From Bacteroidota bacterium (lineage in GTDB: Bacteria; Bacteroidota; Bacteroidia; Chitinophagales; UBA8649): a stretch of DNA of 64,000 nucleotides. Below the pieces are notes generated by a model, which saw only the letters and a program-made list of their open reading frames with translations, searched no databases and was not told the origin of the DNA. Each line of letters begins with the position of its first letter. The first letter of the stretch is position 1. The translations under genes and the position numbers were made by a program. Location: positions 8,696 through 72,695 of the forward strand of contig PKDX01000048.1 of NCBI GenBank assembly GCA_002862745.1, in the 5' to 3' direction. This document shows, one piece after another, positions 46,516-54,019 of this stretch.

Positions 46516-48768
46516 GTGTTGCTGAACAAACACCCATTAGATTGGCCTGCCGAAGGCAAGCGTCTTGATCTTGAGAAGCATGACCTTCCTCATAGATCAT
46601 CCTCCACAGAGTGGTGGTATATGCACGCGCATTTGGATGGAAAAAACCAGAAGGGTGAGCCTAGGAAGCTGGCTATGTTCGCCTCATTTTTTCTTCGCCT
46701 CCTTGAAGGTGATACGAAAACAGGTCTGCCTAATTATGCGTATTCTCTGACCTGGGCGATATCCGATTTGGATAACAAGACCTATCATCCCATTTCCTTA
46801 GTGGACAAACAGGCGCCAAAGATTGGATTGGAACGGTTGCAAAAAGGAGATGTGGTGCGCGATCCTTATCTCAAAAAGGCCGCATTAGAAGTCGTAAAGC
46901 GCGGTAAAGTCCCTTTCCCAGACGAGATGTTTACAGGCGAAGCTGGACTATCATGGGAAGCGCTTGATATAAACTACGATGGCAACCGATTCATAAAAGA
47001 AGACGATGCCTCTTACACACTTCAATGTGACCGTAGCTTAAAACAACAGGGAATTCAGCTAAATTTTTCGCCACGTTGTGCCCCATGTTTACATGGCGAT
47101 AAGGGAGTCGTCGCTGGAGTTAAGTCAGAGGACATGTTCTATTACTTCATTCCGAAAAATGATGCTAAGGGTAAAGTTTTTTTACAAGATGAGGTGATTG
47201 AGGTGGAAGGAAGCTTGTGGTATGACCATGAGTTTGGATGCTATCCCCAAGGAAACAAGCGCACAAGTAAAGCGGATGTGGGCTGGAATTGGATTGCCAT
47301 TCAGTTCGATCACGGAGAGCAGGTGACTGCGTATGATCTGCGCAATGATAAAACAGGTAGTTCTAAAGGGGCTTATCTCGTTGCCGTTGACAAAGAGGGG
47401 AAACAACAAACATCCAATGAGTTTTCTCTAACCCCTAAGAATAATAAGCGCTGGACCTCACTTCGAACCTTTAATGAATACCCTACCCATTGGAAGTTAG
47501 ATTGTGAGTCACTTGATTTAAAGGTGGAGGCTTCTGCAGTATTTGACGCTCAGGAGTTTGGAACGGTGCTCTCAAAACCAGCCTTTTGGGAAGGAAGGCT
47601 TGATGTAAAAGGATGGTGGAAAGGTAAGGAGGTAACGGGTAAGGCATACTTTGAACGAAGTGGTTTTCATAAAAACGAAACCCTTCAAGATTTTTTTAAG
47701 GCAGTATCCAAAGAAACCTTGAAGTCAGTTCAATACATTATTCCCAGGGCCATGGATACTGAAAAATTCCAGGAACTTGTTGCCGTTAAGGGAAATACCC
47801 TTTGGACACAGGGAGTCCAGCGCGACATCTTCTATGAAGCCTTAATTAAGCCGATACGAACCATAACGGATCGAGGGGGAAAATCATGGCGCTCCTATGC
47901 CACAGTTGCTTGTTCAGACATCGTAGGAGGGAATGCTCAATTGGCTAAAGACTGGCTGGCCTTACCGGAACTTATGCATGTTGGCTCACTTATGGTCGAT
48001 GATGTTCAGGATAAGTCGGCCTTGCGGCGAGGTGGCCCTGCTGCTCATCATATGTTCGGAGAAGCTATAGCGATAAACAGCGGATCAGCGGCCTATTTTT
48101 TGGGCCAGATTTGTGTGTATATAGCGGATATAGATCCTGAACTAAAACTGGATATATATCACTTATACTTCGAGGCTTTACGAGCGGCTCATACGGGTCA
48201 GGCCATGGACTTGTATGGTTTAGATTACTTGATGGATGAGGTGGTAGAACACGGTAAGGGGAAACTGCTGGTCCAGCGCGTGAAGGCTATCCATCGACTA
48301 AAATCTGCGGCACCCGCCTCTTATCTTGCCCGAATAGGAGCCATGCTTGGTGGAGGAAGTAAGGAACAAATTGAAGGCTTGGCGAATTACTTTGCCGCAT
48401 TAGGTATTTCTTTTCAGATTATAGACGATACGTTGAATTTGAAGGGCTTTAAAGATGGCCTAAAGACTAAGGGGGAAGACATTACGGCAGGTAAGATTAC
48501 CTATCCAATGGCTCGTGCCTTTTCCATGCTTTCTAAGAGAGCTCGCCGTGAATTGTACTCCATTATACAGTCCAAAACAGAGGATATAGAGGTAATAGCT
48601 CGGGCGATTGCACTTATGGATTCATGTCAAGCTATTGATCTTGCCGAAAAGGAGGCAAGGACAAGTTTAGAAGCTGCTTGGCGCAGATTAGACCCTCTTG
48701 TAGAAGACAGTATGGTAAAAATCAATTTACGGGCCTTTAGCTGGTATGTATTAGACCGCACCTACTGA
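46516..48768 (+). CDS. Fusion protein: N-terminal AttH/CrtC-like (carotenoid 1,2-hydratase / lipocalin-like) domain plus C-terminal trans-prenyl diphosphate synthase (type-III GGPPS-like)
   Basis: N-terminal half has SSSTEWWYMHAHL, GSLWYDHEFG, GWNWIAIQF and YPTHWKL...FWEGRLDVKG...GKAYFERSGF. C-terminal half has the first Asp-rich motif MVDDVQDKSALRRG (DDVQD at 47998..48012) and the second motif FQIIDDTLNL (48424..48438), followed by GEDITAGKITYP. GTG start. Confidence 0.7.
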   Translation: MLLNKHPLDWPAEGKRLDLEKHDLPHRSSSTEWWYMHAHLDGKNQKGEPRKLAMFASFFLRLLEGDTKTGLPNYAYSLTWAISDLDNKTYHPISLVDKQAPKIGLERLQKGDVVRDPYLKKAALEVVKRGKVPFPDEMFTGEAGLSWEALDINYDGNRFIKEDDASYTLQCDRSLKQQGIQLNFSPRCAPCLHGDKGVVAGVKSEDMFYYFIPKNDAKGKVFLQDEVIEVEGSLWYDHEFGCYPQGNKRTSKADVGWNWIAIQFDHGEQVTAYDLRNDKTGSSKGAYLVAVDKEGKQQTSNEFSLTPKNNKRWTSLRTFNEYPTHWKLDCESLDLKVEASAVFDAQEFGTVLSKPAFWEGRLDVKGWWKGKEVTGKAYFERSGFHKNETLQDFFKAVSKETLKSVQYIIPRAMDTEKFQELVAVKGNTLWTQGVQRDIFYEALIKPIRTITDRGGKSWRSYATVACSDIVGGNAQLAKDWLALPELMHVGSLMVDDVQDKSALRRGGPAAHHMFGEAIAINSGSAAYFLGQICVYIADIDPELKLDIYHLYFEALRAAHTGQAMDLYGLDYLMDEVVEHGKGKLLVQRVKAIHRLKSAAPASYLARIGAMLGGGSKEQIEGLANYFAALGISFQIIDDTLNLKGFKDGLKTKGEDITAGKITYPMARAFSMLSKRARRELYSIIQSKTEDIEVIARAIALMDSCQAIDLAEKEARTSLEAAWRRLDPLVEDSMVKINLRAFSWYVLDRTY

Positions 48769-48774
48769 TCATTC

Positions 48775-49497
48775 TTAGATATCACCGAGTTGGGGTCGTA
48801 TGATAATATCTTCTACTACACTTCGGCTTGATGTATTATGGCATTCAAAAACAAGTTGAGCAATATCTTCAGCAGGCATTAATCGGTCTTCATCAAGTCC
48901 GCTTTCTGACCATGAGCGAGTCCAAGTTGCCCCGGGGTAAATGGCACTGACTCGGATATTTTTATCTTGGGTTTCAAGCCGCAGCGCCTTGGCAAAGCCT
49001 GTCAAGGCAAACTTTGATATAGTATACATTGAACCTGCAGGATAGGCCGCTAGACCTGCAATGGAACTCATAAGAATAATGTGACCATGTCCTTGTTCAA
49101 TCATTTTGGGAAGCAGGAGCTGATTAAGGTGGTAGGCAGAAAAAAAGTTAACCTCCATCATATCGCGCATGGCTTGAAGATTTTTTTCGCCAACAAGGTC
49201 TCCTGGAAGAAAGATACCTGCATTATGGACGAGCACATCGATGGTCCCACTTGAGGCAAGTACTTCTGAAGCAAAGCGATCGACATCACTTTCTTTCAAG
49301 AAATCAGCTTGTATGGCTTGAACTTCTTGAGGGTTTTTGCCTGTAAGAGGTAACTGCTCAATGTCGTGTTTTGCTCGATCAAGATTTTCCTTATTTCTAG
49401 CGCAAAATGTGATATTAAAACCATTTGCATAGAATTTTTTGGCTATTTCTAGTCCAATACCTGCACTTCCTCCTGTGATTATTGCTCGCTTCGACAT
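48775..49497 (-). CDS. Short-chain dehydrogenase/reductase (SDR)
   Basis: ITGGSAGIGLE (TGxxxGxG), NAG, and the YTISK (YxxxK) catalytic motif. ATG 49497 (MSKRAIITGG) chosen over track start 49551. Confidence 0.8.
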   Translation of the reverse strand: MSKRAIITGGSAGIGLEIAKKFYANGFNITFCARNKENLDRAKHDIEQLPLTGKNPQEVQAIQADFLKESDVDRFASEVLASSGTIDVLVHNAGIFLPGDLVGEKNLQAMRDMMEVNFFSAYHLNQLLLPKMIEQGHGHIILMSSIAGLAAYPAGSMYTISKFALTGFAKALRLETQDKNIRVSAIYPGATWTRSWSESGLDEDRLMPAEDIAQLVFECHNTSSRSVVEDIIIRPQLGDI

Positions 49498-49540
49498 AAA
49501 TGTGTTAGTATTTGATGTATTTTCCTTTAAAATAAAACGA

Positions 49541-50284
49541 ATGACACTCATTCGGAGTTTAGGACGGTATTTAATGTTGTTATGGCAGGGGTTAACTCGC
49601 CCAGAGAAATTCTCTATGTATGCAAGAGAAACATTTCGTCAAACCCATGATATTGGCATTGGTTCCTTACCTATTATTGCTATTATATCTACCTTTCTTG
49701 GCGCAGTAACCGCTGTGCAGTTTGCCAAACAGTTTCTTGACATGACCTTACCTTTGCCTATGTCTCTCATAGGATATATTGTGAGAGACTCATTGATTTT
49801 GGAACTTGTTCCTACGATTGGATCTCTAATGCTTGCTGGAAAGGTTGGATCTAACATCTCTTCGGAGCTTGGTTCTATGAGGGTGACCGAGCAAATTGAT
49901 GCCTTGGAAATTATGGGTGTAAACACCAAGGCTTATTTGATTATGCCAAAAATATTGGGTGCTCTGATTATTGTACCATTGCTTTTTGCCTCTGCAATCA
50001 TATTGGGTATTGTTGGTGGATTCCTAGCGGGATATCTTGGGGATTTTTTTTCCTGGGAGGAATATAAAACAGGGCTTCAAGATACATTTACCTCATACTA
50101 CACGGTAATCTTTTTGCTTAAGTGTTATGTTTTTTCCTTTATTGTAACTAGTGTAAGTTGCTATCAAGGATACTATGTAAAAGGAGGAGCTTTGGAAATT
50201 GGAGCGGCGAGCACAAGGGCTGTGGTCAATAGCTCCATTATGATTATTGTTACAAATTTCCTCATCGCTTTTTTGTTCCTATGA
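49541..50284 (+). CDS. MlaE-family ABC transporter permease
   Basis: About 247 aa, multi-TM, with MRVTEQIDALEIMGVN typical of MlaE/TTG2B permeases. ATG 49541 chosen; track start 49439 overlaps the divergent SDR gene. Confidence 0.75.
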   Translation: MTLIRSLGRYLMLLWQGLTRPEKFSMYARETFRQTHDIGIGSLPIIAIISTFLGAVTAVQFAKQFLDMTLPLPMSLIGYIVRDSLILELVPTIGSLMLAGKVGSNISSELGSMRVTEQIDALEIMGVNTKAYLIMPKILGALIIVPLLFASAIILGIVGGFLAGYLGDFFSWEEYKTGLQDTFTSYYTVIFLLKCYVFSFIVTSVSCYQGYYVKGGALEIGAASTRAVVNSSIMIIVTNFLIAFLFL

Positions 50285-51039
50285 TTGTTGTAGAAAACAT
50301 CAAAAAATCTTTTGCTGAGCAGACGGTGTTAAAAGGTATATCTGCGGAATTTTACCCAGGGCAATGCAATCTCGTGATTGGAACGAGTGGTGCGGGGAAA
50401 ACGGTCTTCTTAAAATGTTTGGTCGGTCTTCATAAACCCGATAGTGGGAATATTTTGTACTCGGACCGAAAGTTTAATGCCTTAAAAGCTAAAGAACAAA
50501 AAAAGTTACGTATGGAAATGGGCATGCTCTTTCAGGGGAATGCCCTGTTTGATTCGATGACTGTTGAAGAAAACATTCGTTTTCCTTTAGATATGTTCAC
50601 TTCAAAATCAGACGACCAAAAGCGTTCTCGAGTTGAAGAGTGTTTGCGAAAAGTAAACTTAAAAGGTGCGGGTAAAAAGTATCCTGGTGAAATTTCAGGC
50701 GGTATGATGAAACGAGTAGGTATTGCACGAGCAATTGTCATGGAGCCTAAGTATTTATTCTGTGATGAACCCAATTCAGGGCTTGACCCCAAAACGGCCT
50801 TGGTCATTGATGATTTGATTCGAGAATTGACTATTGAACACAACATTACCACGGTGATCAATACGCATGATATGAATTCCGTCATGGGGATAGGGGACAA
50901 GGTTACGTTTCTGCACAAAGGGCTTAAACATTGGGAAGGGAGTAAGGATGACATTCTCAGCTCGGATAATAAGGAGCTTACTGATTTCATCTTCGCATCA
51001 GACTTTTTAAAGCAGTTGAGAAATAAGGCCAACTTGTAG
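50281..51039 (+). CDS. ABC transporter ATP-binding protein (MlaF-like)
   Basis: Walker A GTSGAGKT, signature ISGGMMKRVGIARA, Walker B LFCDEP. ATGA overlap with the permease gene. Confidence 0.8.
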   Translation: MIVVENIKKSFAEQTVLKGISAEFYPGQCNLVIGTSGAGKTVFLKCLVGLHKPDSGNILYSDRKFNALKAKEQKKLRMEMGMLFQGNALFDSMTVEENIRFPLDMFTSKSDDQKRSRVEECLRKVNLKGAGKKYPGEISGGMMKRVGIARAIVMEPKYLFCDEPNSGLDPKTALVIDDLIRELTIEHNITTVINTHDMNSVMGIGDKVTFLHKGLKHWEGSKDDILSSDNKELTDFIFASDFLKQLRNKANL

Positions 51040-51109
51040 ATAATTTTTTACGGTGAATAGTCGAGGGAATTCTTAGGTTTAATACCTTCACTATGCAAAA
51101 CAATAATCC

Positions 51110-51979
51110 ATGTCAGTACTGGTTAACAAAGACTCAAAAATCATCGTCCAAGGCTTTACGGGTAAGGAGGGAAGCTTCCATGCCTCTCAAATGATTGAAT
51201 ATGGTAGTCCTGTGGTTGGTGGTGTTACTCCAGGAAAGGGAGGACAAGTACATATAGATCGACCGGTGTTTAACTCGGTTGATGAGGCTGTGCGAAACAC
51301 AGGGGCTGACGTGAGTATCATTTTTGTCCCTCCTGCTTTTGCGGCAGATGCTATCATGGAGGCTGCTGCAGCCGGCATTAAGGTAATCATCGCGATTACG
51401 GAAGGAATTCCTGTTTTAGATATGTCTAAGGCTAAACGTTTTATTCAAGACTATGATTGCCGTTTAGTTGGACCTAATTGCCCTGGGGTGATTACGGCAG
51501 ACGAAGCAAAAGTGGGTATTATGCCCGGATTTGTTTTTAAAGCGGGCAGAGTAGGAATAGTTTCTAAATCCGGAACACTTACCTACGAGGCTGCAGATCA
51601 AGTGGTGAAAGCTGGTCTAGGAATTTCTACGGCAATTGGAATTGGAGGTGACCCTATTATTGGAACAACGACAAAGGATGCAGTTGAGCTTCTTATGAAG
51701 GATAGCGATACTGATGGCATTGTTATGATTGGGGAGATAGGAGGAACCTTAGAAATCGAAGCCGCTCGTTGGGTTAAAGAAAATGCGACAAAGCCCGTTG
51801 TTGGCTTTATTGCAGGACAAACTGCTCCTGAAGGTCGTCAAATGGGCCATGCTGGAGCAATCATTGGCGGTAAGGATGATACAGCTCAAGCCAAGATGAA
51901 GGTCATGACTGAATGTGGCATTCATGTGGTAGAATCTCCTGCAGATATTGGAGAGACTATGCAAAAAGCATTGGCATAG
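51110..51979 (+). CDS. sucD: Succinate--CoA ligase subunit alpha SucD
   Basis: 289 aa. [18 protein letters not shown], and phosphohistidine loop [10 protein letters not shown]. Confidence 0.9.
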   Translation: MSVLVNKDSKIIVQGFTGKEGSFHASQMIEYGSPVVGGVTPGKGGQVHIDRPVFNSVDEAVRNTGADVSIIFVPPAFAADAIMEAAAAGIKVIIAITEGIPVLDMSKAKRFIQDYDCRLVGPNCPGVITADEAKVGIMPGFVFKAGRVGIVSKSGTLTYEAADQVVKAGLGISTAIGIGGDPIIGTTTKDAVELLMKDSDTDGIVMIGEIGGTLEIEAARWVKENATKPVVGFIAGQTAPEGRQMGHAGAIIGGKDDTAQAKMKVMTECGIHVVESPADIGETMQKALA

Positions 51980-51989
51980 TTCCTGTTTT

Positions 51990-53210
51990 TTATTGTGTGC
52001 GAGCATTAAGTCCAAAGCTCGCCCACTGTACTCCGTTAAATAGTCTAACATACATCAATCCGTTATAGGAAGGTAGAGGAAGGCTGTTTCCTTGGCATGA
52101 TGCCAGGCGCTGTCCGAGCAAGTCATAGATTTCAATTCGCTCAATGGACTCATTGTTAAGGGATAATACACCTTGATTTATGTCTATTGCAAAATGGTCA
52201 CTCACAGAAGAAATCGATGTAGACACTGGGGGAGAAAGTTCCCCACCAATGCTATCGGCCTCACAATCATAGTATCTATTACACATAACGGCTTTTAAAA
52301 ATCTTGCTGAACGCTCAACAGGTTCGCTGTCAGACAGATAGGATACATGTGAATTAGAGTTATAACTCTGAAGGCAGTTTCTAAGACCTAAAGTGTCTAA
52401 TCTTCGGGCCATGACTTCACTTCCACTTGCAATGAGCCCAGTAGGTATCCCAAACACATTGACTTCGCGGCGGTCATAGGGTACGATATTGTCGCCTACA
52501 TCATGAAAGGAAATCATAGGGACTTCATTACCATCAATCCATTCGTTTAAACCGACAGCACCACTATAGTTCACAACACCATGAACTTTTTCTGAATATC
52601 CTACATTCCCACTCAGTCCTGAAAAGCCTCCAAGACTATTCCATGTTTGAGGATTGAAGTAATCAAACACGCTATCTCCTTCAAAGAGGTAGGCTGCATG
52701 AATGGCCGAAACGGCTCCCGCTGAAACACCCGCTAAAAAAATTCGATTGGTGTCAATGCGATATGGATTTCCCTCTTGGGCCGACTTATAGAGCCAGCGT
52801 ACTGCCGCTCTTGTGTCATGAGCTCCACGGAGTACTGCTAAAGCTGTCGATATGGAAGAGGGTATAAAAAATCCAATACGGTAATCGTAGGCAATGGCAA
52901 CATAGCCCAATGCGGCATAGTCTTCACAGAGAAACCCAACTTGCCCTCTGCTCCCGCCTACAAAACTTCCTCCAAAACCCCACAAAATAACCGGCCGAAC
53001 AGCTGAGGTGTCGCCACTTGGTTCATAAATGTCTAAGAGCAAGTCTTCACTTTGTCCGTTGACTCCTGTGTTGTTTCCAAAAAGAATACCTGGTGTTTCA
53101 TCTACAGAAAATTCAGGTATGAGGTATTGGTCATTGTCGCAATTGAATGTTTGTGCTTGAAGTAAGCATGGAAGGAAAGCGATTAAAATGAGAGAAATGT
53201 AGCGATTCAT
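51990..53210 (-). CDS. Secreted alpha/beta-hydrolase esterase with a T9SS C-terminal sorting domain
   Basis: Signal peptide MNRYISLILIAFLPCLLQAQ, nucleophile elbow LAGVSAGA (GxSxG), and a C-terminal roughly 80 aa (IERIEIYDLLGQRLAS...MYVRLFNG) resembling type-A Por/T9SS CTDs. Confidence 0.7.
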   Translation of the reverse strand: MNRYISLILIAFLPCLLQAQTFNCDNDQYLIPEFSVDETPGILFGNNTGVNGQSEDLLLDIYEPSGDTSAVRPVILWGFGGSFVGGSRGQVGFLCEDYAALGYVAIAYDYRIGFFIPSSISTALAVLRGAHDTRAAVRWLYKSAQEGNPYRIDTNRIFLAGVSAGAVSAIHAAYLFEGDSVFDYFNPQTWNSLGGFSGLSGNVGYSEKVHGVVNYSGAVGLNEWIDGNEVPMISFHDVGDNIVPYDRREVNVFGIPTGLIASGSEVMARRLDTLGLRNCLQSYNSNSHVSYLSDSEPVERSARFLKAVMCNRYYDCEADSIGGELSPPVSTSISSVSDHFAIDINQGVLSLNNESIERIEIYDLLGQRLASCQGNSLPLPSYNGLMYVRLFNGVQWASFGLNARTQ

Positions 53211-53292
53211 GTACGTTAAGTAATTGTTAACAAAATAAGGATTTACATATATATCTCATGTACCCCACCTTACCATTTATTACCTTTGAGCC

Positions 53293-54012
53293 ATGAACAA
53301 TCCAACTAAGATTATTTTAATTACTGGCGGTAGTCGTGGAATCGGCTTAACCATAGCAGAATTCTTCCTTAATCAAGGGCATACAGTGTATGCAACTTCG
53401 AGAAGCCTTGAAGATTTTCAAGACGTTAATCCTGCGATAAAGCCTATTGCCTCAGATGCTTCAGATTATGCATCATGCGAAGAAACGGTTAAACACATCG
53501 TAGCAGAAGAAGGTCGATTGGATGTGCTTGTGAACAATGCTGGAATAACGCGTGATAATTTAATTATGCGCATGAAGGAAGAAGATTGGGATGCTGTGAT
53601 TAATGTCAATTTAAAGTCTGCCTACAACCTTTGCAAGCACGCTGGATATCAAATGGTGCGTCAAAAGTCAGGCCGTATCATTAATATCTCTTCTATTGTT
53701 GGTAGAATGGGACAGGCCGGTCAAGCCAACTATGCAGCTTCCAAAGCAGGTATGATTGGATTGACAAAATCATTGGCTGCCGAGTTTGCTGCTCGCAATG
53801 TTACGGTGAATGCTGTAGCCCCTGGTTTTATTGAGACTAAGATGACCGAAGTTCTTCCAGAAGATGTACGCCAAAAATATTTGGATGCCATCCCTGCTCG
53901 TCGCTTAGGACAGCCCGAAGAAGTTGCTTCATTGATTAGTTTTCTAGCATCTGACAGTGCGGGGTATATCAATGGGCAGGTAATTAATGTTTGCGGAGGG
54001 CTTCACCGTTAA
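53293..54012 (+). CDS. fabG: 3-oxoacyl-[acyl-carrier-protein] reductase FabG
   Basis: 239 aa. ITGGSRGIG, NNAGIT, YAASKAG, and the C-terminus GQVINVCGGL. Confidence 0.85.
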   Translation: MNNPTKIILITGGSRGIGLTIAEFFLNQGHTVYATSRSLEDFQDVNPAIKPIASDASDYASCEETVKHIVAEEGRLDVLVNNAGITRDNLIMRMKEEDWDAVINVNLKSAYNLCKHAGYQMVRQKSGRIINISSIVGRMGQAGQANYAASKAGMIGLTKSLAAEFAARNVTVNAVAPGFIETKMTEVLPEDVRQKYLDAIPARRLGQPEEVASLISFLASDSAGYINGQVINVCGGLHR

Positions 54013-54019
54013 GTGATCG

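Noticed and set aside
49439-49540. Track start of the MlaE-like permease at 49439, and of the SDR at 49551, producing a 113-nt divergent overlap.
   Set aside because: Both extensions precede the conserved N-termini (MTLIRSLGRYL... and MSKRAIITGGSAGIG). Internal ATGs at 49541 and 49497 remove the overlap.
50532-51032. 166-aa antisense ORF entirely inside the MlaF-like ABC ATPase gene. This is unusually long for a genome whose GC content I judge by eye to be in the low 40s (not calculated).
   Set aside because: The sense strand has unambiguous Walker A, signature and Walker B motifs. The antisense product is Ser/Leu-rich low complexity with no motif. The frame opposite a coding frame is known to be depleted of stops.
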